A stretch of DNA of 64,000 nucleotides from Octopus vulgaris (Eukaryota). The DNA lies in NCBI GenBank assembly GCA_951406725.2, contig OX597835.1, positions 18,166,001 through 18,230,000 on the forward strand, written 5' to 3'. The notes under the pieces were generated by a model, which had not been told where the DNA came from, made no database searches, and saw only the letters and a program-made list of their open reading frames with translations. Positions 14,341 through 26,722 of this stretch are shown piece after piece (the first letter of the stretch is position 1; every line of letters begins with the position of its first letter). Both the position numbers and the translations under genes were made by a program.

Positions 14341-14727
14341 GGAGGTGCAATGGCCCAGTGGTTAGGGCAGCGGACTCGTGGTCATAGGATCGCGGTTTCG
14401 ATTCCCAGACCGGGCGTTGTGAGTGTTTATTGGGCGAAAACACCTAAAGCTCCACGAGGCTCCGGCAGGGGATGTTGGTGATGCCTGCTGTACTCTTTCA
14501 CCACAACTTTCTCTCACTCTTACTTCCTGTTTCTGTTGTACCTGTATTTCAAAGGGCCGGCCTTGTCACTCACTGTGTCACGCTGAATATCCCCGACAGC
14601 TACGTTAAGGGTACACGTGTCTGTGGAGTGCTCAGCCACTTACACGTTAATTTCACGAGCAGACTGTTCCGTTGATTCGGATCAACCGGAACCCTCGTCG
14701 TCGTAACCGACGGAGTACTTCCATCCA
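14341..14727 (+). mobile_element. tRNA-derived SINE family B, tail B1, full length
   Basis: A and B boxes in head; matches 10491-10876 along its length. Confidence 0.9.
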
Positions 14728-15016
14728 TCAAATGAACGTGTATATAGCACCAATTAATTACTGACTGAATGTACTAATTTTCGCAAATGAAATTTAGTTT
14801 AAAACTATATGATGTATTGTAACATGTCTAGACCAACTACACTGAGTGTATGTGGAGTCAATGCATTAACTAATTAATTGAATATAAGTTTAAGTCACTT
14901 TCTTTTAAAAATACTTCGTTTGTGAAAGTGTGGTCCCTACAGCGCATGTGTGTATGCGCGCGCATGTTACATAGGTTGGTCGATAGCGCGTGGCATGGTT
15001 ATATTATCGTAATATA

Positions 15017-15157
15017 TTAGGTTGTCCCAAAAGTTCGTAAACACTTGCGAAAATTGAATTTTTACTCGCCAAGTACTAACAAAAACAACAAAAATTATTC
15101 CTCAAAATAAAGACCATTATTTTCCAAGACTTTCTACGAACTTTTGGGACAACCTTA
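15017..15157. mobile_element. Tc1/mariner MITE
   Basis: TIRs TTAGGTTGTCCCAAAAGTTCGTA / TACGAACTTTTGGGACAACCTTA, flanked by TA on both sides. Confidence 0.9.
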
Positions 15158-15379
15158 TAATATAGACTTCATTCTCTACTACCACGACTGTATACTAGAT
15201 AAATCAGGAGACACTCGGTGTTAAGAAATTGAGAGATAGAGTAAATAATTCGTGTTTCAACCAAAGGATCTTTTTAATTGCTTTGTCGTAGGAAGAGAAT
15301 TCTGAGCCATTTTTAGAAAAACATTTATGACGAAATGCGAAATTTCAATTTATTATTACTTGTAGTATGGTAAAATTAA

Positions 15380-15555
15380 CCCCTTACCCAACAATTATTT
15401 TGAAAATAAATGTATTTTTTCAGACATATTTTTTAATTGTTTTATTTTTTAATTGTCGATTTTGGCGAGTCTATCTTTTGACGAGTTGACTTGCCAGAGA
15501 TAGAAAAAAACGATTTAGGTCAAAACGCACATATTCGTTTCTGCCGGGTAAGGGG
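15380..15555. mobile_element. piggyBac-type MITE
   Basis: TTAA|CCCCTTACCCAACA ... TGCCGGGTAAGGGG|TTAA: TTAA target duplication and CCC-initiated TIRs. Confidence 0.9.
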
Positions 15556-16159
15556 TTAAGGTAGGATTTGCATGAATCTTCTCTTTTGAAATGCGCAGCG
15601 TAAATAACAGGAAATTTGCATCGGGCCCCCCATCGGGCATATGCAATGGAATTTCAGATGAGGAGCGACTGATGGGGAGGTTCATATCGAGCGGATAGTC
15701 ACCCTCACTTCTTCCATCACAGAGACCTCAAGAAAAGGGACGTCTCCATAAGTCTTGGTTACTGAAAATACAGATGGTTGAGAGTTTAGTTGTTAAATTG
15801 TAAGAATATATACAAACCAGAAAGATTTCAAGGCACAATTCTTTGGGTTGTCGTCCTGTCTGTGTTGCGTGATATATGCGTGTGCCTGTGACAGAGAGAG
15901 AACCCGCGTGTGTGCGCGCGCAAGCGTGCACATGTGTGTATGTGTGTGTGTATATAATGTAAATATATGTATGTGTATGTAAGTGTGGGGGAAGCCGGAT
16001 TGAACCATATCAAGTGTAATTGCCCCAAATGGTCGTGACTTTTGGAACTTGACTGTTTTGCCTGTCCTTATAATTGTTGTTTCTCTTTTCCGTCTTTATG
16101 TCGTCTATCTGTCCGAATGTTTTAATGTCACCTACTACGTATAAATGTATGTATGTATG

Positions 16160-16190
<31 letters not shown>

Positions 16191-16286
16191 GTATGTATAT
16201 GTATGTATCTATCTCTCTAACTATCTATCTACCTATATATATATATATATGCTTAAATTTAGTGTAGGTGTTAAATATACATGTAA

Positions 16287-16366
<80 letters not shown>

Positions 16367-16402
16367 ATCCATCTGTCTGTGTGTATTATGTCTGAAAATT
16401 AT

Positions 16403-16453
<51 letters not shown>

Positions 16454-16956
16454 ACATGCATGTATGTATGTATATATGTATGTACGTAGTTATACAAACT
16501 TATTTAATCTTTTCGCAATACCGGAATAACAGATATAAAAATCAAAATAAAATGACATTTTCAGAAAGAAAATACAAATGAAACGATAAAGAGAAATTAT
16601 AAACTAAGCGCAACGTCTTTTTCCTTTCTTAAATTTTGTATGGGCTTATGATTTGCCTGCTGCCTCTCAACTTGAACGGTGCAAAGAAACTAAGTCTGAA
16701 AGCCCATTATTCATTATTAAAACTGATTAAAATGACAGCCAAGCTATCAAATATTGTGTTTTCTTCTTCAACTTGCTTTCATTGTGCCAAACTTCAGCTA
16801 TAAAAGATTCATCATATTTGATAATTAATTTAAACACAACTTCAAATGTTAGCGTGTGTCATTTTTTCATTCAATTATTTTATTTATACTAGTTTTTATT
16901 TGAAACTACTTGCCTTCCTTCACAGAGACAAATCATAGTCACACACAAAAATCCAC

Positions 16957-17023
<67 letters not shown>

Positions 17024-17085
17024 TATATATATATTTATATATGTATATATTTATATATGTATATATATACATATATAATATATAC

Positions 17086-17136
<51 letters not shown>

Positions 17137-17144
17137 CATATATG

Positions 17145-17219
<75 letters not shown>

Positions 17220-17270
17220 TTATATATATTTATATATATATATATATTTATATATATATGTATATATATT

Positions 17271-17396
17271 GGCGCAGCGCAGCCGTGTCTGTGTCGAGAA
17301 GCAGGTGGCTCCCTAATGAAATGGTTCCGGGTTCAGTCCAACTGCGTACCGATTTCAAACAGTGCCCTCTACCATATCCTTGGACCGATCAAAGCC
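17271..17396 (+). mobile_element. SINE family C head fragment
   Basis: atggttccgggttcagtccaactgcg...ggaccgatcaaagcct resembles 49851-49972. Confidence 0.65.
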
Positions 17397-17509
17397 TAAT
17401 TTAATGATTCTTCGGTGGTGTCGGAGTTTTAGGCGTCCTATCTTTAGCAAAGCAGGTGCTTATTAGCACCCTCTGGACTAGTTAAGTTTAATACAGAGTA
17501 ATTTATTTA

Positions 17510-18060
17510 CCTAAGTTTCGTCGTCATCTCCTTCGAAATAGTTAACTTCCGCAGCAATAACCCAGTCCCAGCATTCCTGGCACTTTTGGAATAAAGTCTG
17601 AAAGTCGTTTCCTGCAAGCGAATCGAGAGCTTTCAGTGATTTGCTCATGATGTCGACAACGGTGTTGAAACCTTAGATTTGCATTTTCATCACGGGAAAG
17701 AGGTGGAAATCCGCAAGGACTAAATCTGGCGAATATGGCGTTTAAGCAACATATACCATATTGATTTTGGCGAGAAGCTCACGATTGAGAACGACTCTGT
17801 GGGAGGGTGCATTTGTGTCGTGATGAATCCAATTCTTCCGGCTCCGTCTTCGCATTCATCGCCTGCCCTCCGTCAAACACTTCAAGAACTCTCAATTGAC
17901 GTTCTGGCTCTGGGAGATGTCAGGAATGTCGAAAATAACGATGAGCATTCTCTTGCTTGAGCTGTGGCTCAGTCATGTTTTTTAAAGCGCCCGTGATATT
18001 CGAAACATTGCGTACGACTCATATCCACGTCGCCGTAAACTTTCCGATGAACACTCAATG
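17510..18060 (-). pseudogene. Decayed mariner (DD34D) transposase
   Basis: Hand translation of the minus strand gives MLIVIFD, WIHHD-NAPSH, PYSPDLVLADFHLFP and FQKCQECWDWVIAAEVNYFEGD, with stops and frameshifts. Confidence 0.85.
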
Positions 18061-18852
18061 TCTCTTTATTACACTTCTCAAGTTTAACGCAAAATCACTG
18101 AGCCATGCGCCCTCACTGGACATACGACAGTTTAACATAATAACAATGGTACGCACACACACATACGCACACATACATATAAATATATATATATATATTT
18201 GTATATATGTATAAATATATAAAAGAACATTATACAGGTATGGTAGGAAAAATTAAGTAACATCTGTATCTTACCTCTGCAAGACTGCTATCTTCAGCAA
18301 AGCAGGTGCATGTGTGTATATGTATATTATTATCCATAAAAATAGTAATGTGAGTGATCGAAAGCGTAAAAACCGTATAGGCAAAATTAATAGATATATA
18401 CAAAATATAAAATATAAACTATATTGATATATAAGAGGGTGCTAATAAGCACCTGCTTTGCCAAAGATAGGACGCCTAAAACTCCGACACCACGGAAGAA
18501 TCATTATATTAGTACAGGCATGGCAGGAAAAAATAAGTGAATTAGAATTGTATCTTACCTTCGCAAAAGTTGCAGAAAGAATGGCAGATAATCTGATAAA
18601 ATAATTTCGAATCTAGGGCAAAGGCACTCGATTCTCTTCCGTCAGATCTGCTAGTAACAGTCACTGATATTCACTGCTACCATGCCGGTTTTCGTTTGAG
18701 TGTCCACGCAGCATTGAAACAAAAAAGCGTAGAAGCCGTATAGGTAAATTTAATAAATATATATAAGATATATAAAATACATTCATATATAAAAGGGTAC
18801 TCATGAGAAACTTATATATATATAAAAGTATATATATATATATATATATATA

Positions 18853-19026
18853 CCGGAGTAAACACATGAATGTGAAGCAAGGTGGAAAAAAGAGTACTCA
18901 AATAACAGTGGTAGAGTAATATGGTTTATTTAAAGCAGCAGAAAATTCAACAAAACCTGTTACTCTGAGTTTCCCGTTGCCATTCATCGGACAGTTTTTG
19001 CTAGAATGTCCGATGCTTTAAATAAA

Positions 19027-19027
<1 letters not shown>
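18853..19027 (-). mobile_element. Short (TA)n-embedded element with hammerhead motif, AATAAA and a small inverted arm
   Basis: tgtccgatg+ctttaaataaa (19007-19026) mirrors catcggaca and tttatttaaag; (TA)n on both sides. Confidence 0.7.
18957..18994 (-). ncRNA. Variant type I hammerhead ribozyme motif (CCGAUGA core)
   Basis: CTGT-CCGATGA-ATG[GCAA]CGG-GAA-ACTCAGAGT-A-ACAG; stems I and III pair; related copy at 58758-58789. Confidence 0.6.
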
Positions 19028-19109
<82 letters not shown>

Positions 19110-19163
19110 CATACATACATACAAACACCTACACACATATATATATATATATATATACACATA

Positions 19164-19218
<55 letters not shown>

Positions 19219-19457
19219 GTCTATATATACATATATGCATGATCCATGTTAATGTTGTTTTAACCCCGTTGCATATTTTCCGCTAGGTGGTTATAGGTGG
19301 ACCCTGCACCGTGTATATTTTCCTAGAAGGCATGGGAAACACCTACCATCCTCCAGCAGACGACGGGATCTAATGAACGACTCGGTTGCAGGTTACATAT
19401 GCATCTCGAGTCGTGAAGCCCCGCTATAGCAGTAGCAGGTGTCCGCTAGAGCTCACA

Positions 19458-19707
19458 ATATATCGAAAATAAAGCGACAATCGGTCACTGATTTGCTACA
19501 AGTATAGTAGCTAGTTAGTAAATATCCATACGAGATGAAAATGGTAACTATACTGACAACTAATGTTAATCTCTTGATCAGTATGACTGTTCGATGTTAC
19601 TACGGTTTTATAGTATTTATTACTTCTTTCATCTCGTACTGAGATTTTCTAACTAGCTACTTTGCTTGCTGCAAATCAGTGACCGATGGTCGCGTTGCTT
19701 TCTATAT
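19458..19707. repeat. Imperfect inverted repeat (~95 bp arms), MITE-like
   Basis: gcgacaatcggtcactgatttgc...gtagctagttag...tacgagatgaaa mirrored by tttcatctcgta...ctaactagctac...gcaaatcagtgaccgatggtcgc. Confidence 0.75.
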
Positions 19708-20041
19708 GTTTCTAAGCTATTCTAAGACCTGTAAACGCACTCGGAAGTTTGGTCCTCCACCCAGGCCTTTCACGATATGCCTAAACCCAGGAACTTTTCA
19801 ACATACCCTCGTATTTATATATATATAAGGATAAGATCGTTATTTAAATACCGATCTTATCAGGTGGTCAGCATGGGAATAAAAACTTTCAAAGGTAATA
19901 ATTCTTATTAAAATTATAACTTAGGGTTTCTAAGAGATACCATCAGGCTGGCAAAATGCTGCCAAAACTTGACTCTAAAACCAGATTAAATGTTCATGCA
20001 GCTGTATGTAATATATGTATATATATATATAACTCATAAAT

Positions 20042-20205
20042 GTGCATAAACACAAGATTAGGGAATCATCTCTCAGGGATGTCACATTTAGTGAACATCT
20101 AGATATCTGTACAAATGGAAAATTTAGAATATTTCCATTTTACAAAATACAAGATGAAAGGTAAAAGAAAAATACATTATAAGAGTTTTAAGTCCGAAAT
20201 TAAAC
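20042..20205 (+). pseudogene. Penelope-like element GIY-YIG endonuclease C-terminal remnant
   Basis: Hand translation VHKHKIRESSLRDVTFSEHLDICTNGKFRIFPFYK...KEKYIIRVLSPKLN; homologous to the 63.4-63.6 kb remnant. Confidence 0.75.
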
Positions 20206-20488
20206 CGAAAACAGTTAACACTCCATATAATAAACATTGGTGAAAGAATATTTATGATCAAAATCAGAAGTCCGAAAATACACCGGAAATAATACTACCA
20301 CTACCGCAAAATCACAACTTCGTTTTTAAGAAGCACGTGTGTTTAACGAAAGCGATCACAAACTAGAAAAAACTATTCCCCCCAAAGGTTAGTAACATCC
20401 TCATAAAATATTTCATAACATTTTAAAAAGTAATTAAAAAAGAATTACTTCTACACTTCAAACACCGTATTAAGTAATCGTCATTTAC

Positions 20489-20618
<130 letters not shown>

Positions 20619-20736
20619 ACATATGTGTATATATATATATATATATATATGTAGGTCCCGGGTTGATTCGGGGTTAACCACAGTAAATAAGGTACTCAAT
20701 ACATAGCAGAGTAAAATTAATTTATTATATAGAAGG

Positions 20737-20787
20737 AGCTTCTACAGGACTAGAACTGTTTCATTCAAGAGAAATCTTCAGGAAGCT
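20737..20787 (-). ncRNA. Type I hammerhead ribozyme
   Basis: Exact reverse complement of 21367-21417; AATAAA follows on the same strand at 20721-20726. Confidence 0.8.
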
Positions 20788-21109
20788 AGTTAACAAGAAT
20801 TGTATTGGCATTTATACATTTAGGCAGGTTTAAAGGGGTGGTGGTGGGGGAGTTTTTGGGGGTAGGCATAGCGCAAAAATATCATACTGGGGGAGTGGTC
20901 AAGGAGTCAGTGGTAAATTAGATAAAAGAATAAATAAAAGAATAAAAAAATATATAGAAGAATAGAGTTTTATGTAAATAAGGAGATTCTCACTTATACC
21001 TATACACATATGTATACATATATACACACACACACACACACACATATACATACACACATGCATACACACACACATATATACATACACACATATATACATA
21101 CATATATCT

Positions 21110-21152
<43 letters not shown>

Positions 21153-21366
21153 TACACACATATATGCATATACATATACACACACACAAGTATATATACA
21201 CACACGACCACACATACATATACACACAAAAAAAATTTACCACTGACTCCTTGACCACTCCCCCAAGTATGATATTTTTGCGCTATGCCTACCCCCAAAA
21301 AGTTCCCCACCACCACCCCTTTAAACCTGCCTAAATGTATAAATGCCAATACAATTCTTGTTAACT

Positions 21367-21417
21367 AGCTTCCTGAAGATTTCTCTTGAATGAAACAGTT
21401 CTAGTCCTGTAGAAGCT
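21367..21417 (+). ncRNA. Type I hammerhead ribozyme
   Basis: AGCTTC-CTGAAGA-T-TTC[TCTT]GAA-T-GAA-ACAG[TTCTAGTC]CTGT-A-GAAGCT: full core, three stems, GUA triplet, predicted cut after 21411. Confidence 0.8.
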
Positions 21418-21419
21418 CC

Positions 21420-21463
<44 letters not shown>

Positions 21464-21481
21464 GTATATATATACACATAT

Positions 21482-21935
<454 letters not shown>

Positions 21936-22083
21936 TTCTTTAAAACAGTTTGATTCGCTTTCCTCTTACTTCATGTTTCTCAGATCCCCAACGGATAGCA
22001 GGAATCAAATTATTTTAAATAATACATGCAACGCTTGTCCACTTACTCATATATACATACGCACATACTTATACATACATACA

Positions 22084-22131
<48 letters not shown>

Positions 22132-22162
22132 CACACACACACATACACACACACACACACAT

Positions 22163-22225
<63 letters not shown>

Positions 22226-22307
22226 GGTCCCGGGTTGAGTCGGGGTTAACCACAGTAAATAAGGTACTCAATACATGGCAGAGTAAATTAATTTATTTTA
22301 TAGAAGG

Positions 22308-22358
22308 ATCTTCTTCAGGACTAGAACTGTTTCATTCAAATGAAATCATCAGGAAGCT
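22308..22358 (-). ncRNA. Hammerhead motif with mutated cleavage site
   Basis: AGCTTC-CTGATGA...GAAACAG...CTGAA-GAAGAT: U16.1 lost, so predicted inactive. Confidence 0.6.
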
Positions 22359-22366
22359 CATGATGA

Positions 22367-22414
22367 TTCCTGATGATTTCATTTGAATGAAACAGTTCTA
22401 GTCCTGTCGAAGCT
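22367..22414 (+). ncRNA. Type I hammerhead ribozyme, CUGAUGA core and GUC triplet, stem I shortened to 3 bp
   Basis: TTC-CTGATGA-T-TTC[ATTT]GAA-T-GAA-ACAG[TTCTAGTC]CTGT-C-GAA; predicted cut after 22408. Confidence 0.75.
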
Positions 22415-22437
22415 CCTTCTATAAAATAAATAAATAA

Positions 22438-22491
<54 letters not shown>

Positions 22492-22670
22492 ACACACAAT
22501 TGTCACTAAATTATAATTCTCCTTTCGGTGAAACATTACAAACTGGTGTTTATATTAATCTTATATATATATACACATCGGCGAATCGCCAAATCATCCA
22601 ATAAATTGAATGAAGAAATCAAATAGTATTAGCGAAACCTGTCAGGAAAAAGATGAAAAATCGAGCGGGA

Positions 22671-22717
22671 TTAACTGACGAAGCAACGGAAGTTGGTGAG
22701 ACTGACGTCAGTATTAA
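22671..22717 (+). ncRNA. Type I hammerhead motif (A14G) with palindromic stem III
   Basis: TTAA-CTGACGA-AGCAAC[GGAA]GTTGGT-GAG-ACTGACGTCAGT-A-TTAA. Confidence 0.65.
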
Positions 22718-23307
22718 GACTTTTTCCATCAGCATTTTTTCGGAAAATTATGGTTCCTGTCATTGTATATGTTTTTACTCATGTGCGTTTACTACATAAT
22801 TAGAGAGCTGTAGCTCTTATTTCTAGCAATATAGGAGTTCTTTAACACATTTATAAAAAAATTATTCTCTTTTTTGGTGAAAAATTGGAGAGTTGATTTT
22901 ATATAAAGGAGAAGGAGAGAGAGAGAGATGTACAGCGAGAGATTGGGAGGAACAGTGGTGTGAATTACATGTAGAAATGTAGAGAGACATACCCTTAAAT
23001 ATTCATTTTAGGATAACATACATACGTGCTTTTTCCTTTCACAGAAATATGTACACTAATATAGACATATATACATATTAATAGAAATACTCATATATAC
23101 AGTATACACATATATACACATATATACACGAACACAGTCAAGAAGAAACACGCGTACCAACTTACCAGCACACACACACACACAAAATAAAATTTGTTTT
23201 GCAATCAATCCAATCTTAAATATTCAAGTACGTTTAAAACTCGCAATGGTAAGCAAGCAGTATACATGCACACATACACATAGACACACACGTATATATA
23301 TACATGC

Positions 23308-23394
<87 letters not shown>

Positions 23395-23531
23395 CATCTC
23401 TATAACTATCTATCTATCTTCTTGAATATTTATCTCCGTGCGTATGTATTTGTGCATGTATGTATGTATTTATCCATCTACCTATTTTGGTCTATCTATA
23501 TATTGATGTGTGCGTTTGTATACATACATAC

Positions 23532-23568
<37 letters not shown>

Positions 23569-23708
23569 TATATGTATATATATACATATATATACATATA
23601 TACATATATATACATATATACATATATATAGATATATACATATATATATACGCATACATGTATATATATATGTATATATATATATGTTTATATATGTATA
23701 TATATATG

Positions 23709-23740
<32 letters not shown>

Positions 23741-23821
23741 TATATATATACATATATGTGTATATATAAGTATATATATATATGCATACATATATGTATG
23801 TATGTTTAAAAACATATATAG

Positions 23822-23863
<42 letters not shown>

Positions 23864-24021
23864 TATACATATATATGTAAATGTGCCCGCGCGCCACACC
23901 TTTCTGTATATGTGTATATACATATATTTGTATATAATGGCTATATATATACGTATTTGTATATTTATGTATTAATCTCTACCGTGTTAATGTTATAACA
24001 CCATTTAATTTTGAAATATCA

Positions 24022-24238
24022 CTTAACCCTTTTTTTTTCTTCTTTCTTTCTACAGGTCTCCTTGCTGAATAAATCGATAATAGTCAATAAATCAATGAGA
24101 AATCATCTATCTCACACACTGGCGGTTTCATTTGATTTTCTTATTACTATATTCTTATGTATGATTTTTATATGTATTTTAAAGATTTTTCTAATGTTTT
24201 TTTTCCCCTCCTTTTTGCTCTGTGTGTGTTTGGTAAGA
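24022..24238 (+). other. Candidate spliced exon starting at 24056
   Basis: Branch-point-like CTTAAC (24022-24027), long pure pyrimidine tract, TACAG|G; possible donor TTG|GTAAGA at 24233. Confidence 0.4.
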
Positions 24239-24328
24239 CGGTTTGGTAGTTAATCATTACTATCATTATTAATGCCGATGTGGTCATTGTTGTTGGTGTT
24301 GTTGGTGTTGTTGGTGTTTTAGTTATTA

Positions 24329-24410
<82 letters not shown>

Positions 24411-24416
24411 CATTAA

Positions 24417-24452
<36 letters not shown>

Positions 24453-24621
24453 TATTATTATTATTACTATTATTATTATTATTATTATTGTTGTTGTTAT
24501 TATTATCATTATCACAGTTATTTGATTTTATTTTCATTATTCATATTATTGCTATTAAGAGTAGGAGAAAAATAAATACCAAAAACATCTCGCATGATAT
24601 AACGCTGACGACGAAGATGAT

Positions 24622-24674
<53 letters not shown>

Positions 24675-24718
24675 TAAGAATAAGAATAAGAATAAAGAGG
24701 GATATTATTATTATTATA

Positions 24719-24781
<63 letters not shown>

Positions 24782-24881
24782 TTCATCATGATCATCATGA
24801 TCATCAAGATATAATATATTTTTCTTCTCTTGTTATCAAAACATTGTTTCTGTGGAATGAACTGTAAAAAGAACGATAAAA

Positions 24882-24929
<48 letters not shown>

Positions 24930-25022
24930 TATATATACATACATACATATAATTATATATACATATATACATATGTAAATATATATATTCATATATATAT
25001 ATATATATATTTTACATAAGTA

Positions 25023-25069
<47 letters not shown>

Positions 25070-25389
25070 ATATATATATATATATATATATATATGTTTA
25101 TATATGTATGTGTATATATATATATATGAAATCAAATGTAATAAATAATAAAATGGACAACAATATTCGAAATTAAAAAAATAAACTATTTGATATATAT
25201 ATTTTTGTGTGTTTGTTTACTCATCTTATTATTTTTCATTTTAATTTATGTTTTGTGTATTATCATTGGTAAGTATTTATGATCTGTGATTAAATACCCT
25301 TGACTGGAATAATTTCTTGATGTTTTGCGTTTTGTTTGTTTGTTTATGTTCGCTTTTTTTTACTTTTATTTTCAATATATCACAGTTTG

Positions 25390-25414
25390 ATGATGCCGAT
25401 GATGATGATGAGGT

Positions 25415-25450
<36 letters not shown>

Positions 25451-25739
25451 GGATGATGATGATGATGATGATTGTCGTGGTGATGGTCGGGAATGATGGC
25501 GATTTACTTTCTTCTCTTTTATTGATATCAACATCGACATCATCGTCGTCGTCGTCGTCGTCGGCATAATCATCAATGTTATCATTATCATCATCAACGT
25601 CATGATCATCACCTCCACCACCAGCACTAGCACCACCACCACCATCATCATCGTCATCGTCATCATCATCATCATCATCATCAACATCATCATCATCATC
25701 ATCATCATCATTGTCATCATCATCATCATCATCGTCACC

Positions 25740-25770
<31 letters not shown>

Positions 25771-25775
25771 TCATT

Positions 25776-25827
<52 letters not shown>

Positions 25828-25895
25828 CCACCACCACCACCACCACCACCACCATCACTATCACCACCATCATCATCATCATCATCATCATCGTC
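25390..25895. repeat. (GAT)n then (CAT)n/(CAC)n microsatellite block
   Basis: Direct inspection. Confidence 0.9.
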
Positions 25896-26226
25896 TCTCT
25901 GGTTTCCACCATTGCAACCTACAACACACCCAGGCTAATGGAGAAAAGCACCGCCGGAACCGCCGGAACCGCCAAAACCGACAGCACCACCGCCATCATT
26001 GACGTGTCGGTCGTCAACATCGTCTCCATGGACCATCGTTATAAGAACAACAAAACCAGACGAACCAATCTCAAAAGGACAACGACAGTAACAACATGAG
26101 CATCAATATCTTCACCTCTACCACAACCTCCACTACAACTACCCCCCACCACCACTACCTACTGTAACAACATCAATATACTTTTTAAAATTTTACAAAA
26201 AAGCCAGCCGTTTCGAGAGTTGACTA

Positions 26227-26295
<69 letters not shown>

Positions 26296-26722
26296 CATGT
26301 ATATACATACACCTACACTAAATTTAAGCATACACTTTTTTATATATATTTATATTTAACCACGTATTCTTATATATACATACTCATGTGTATTTACAAA
26401 TGTATATGTATATGTATATCTATATATATATATATATAGGTAGATAGATAGTTAGATAGATAGATACATACATACATATACATACATACATATTTACATA
26501 CATACATACATACATACATCCTGGAGCAGTCCTCAACTGCTACTTAAATGTCTGGAACACGAAATGAAAAAAAAAATTGTGAAGTCGATCTCGCCAGAAT
26601 TCTAAACCAGAATGTAAAGAGCCAGAAAAAAATGGCGTTATGGAAGTTTTTCGGCGCTGTAACTCTTCTGCCCTCTCGCGGCCGCGACCACAACAACAAC
26701 GATGATGATGAAAATAATAATC

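Larger units (their letters stand above)
20651..21427 (-). mobile_element. Fold-back element with ~190 bp inverted arms (20726-20919 / 21234-21427), each carrying a hammerhead
   Basis: Arms nearly identical; starts GTAGGTCCCGGGTT immediately after (TA)n, as does 22223. Confidence 0.85.
22223..22431 (-). mobile_element. Miniature fold-back element of the 20651 family (~65 bp arms)
   Basis: Same terminus after (TA)n; arms 22291-22355 / 22367-22431. Confidence 0.85.

Noticed and set aside
14341-14415. tRNA gene
   Set aside because: A and B boxes are present but there is no acceptor stem or terminator, and it continues into a SINE body repeated many times.
18450-18500. Hammerhead-like CCAAAGA-TAGG-ACG-CCTA-AAAC (CTAAAGA and CTGAAGA in related copies)
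   Set aside because: G12 is absent in both long copies and there is no NUH plus stem I complement downstream.
19920-19950. Minus-strand CTGATGG...GAAAC
   Set aside because: No stem I or stem II pairing.
25935-26099. GC-richer frame MEKSTAGTAGTAKTD...
   Set aside because: Continuous with a decayed CAC/CAT microsatellite; no domain or splice support.
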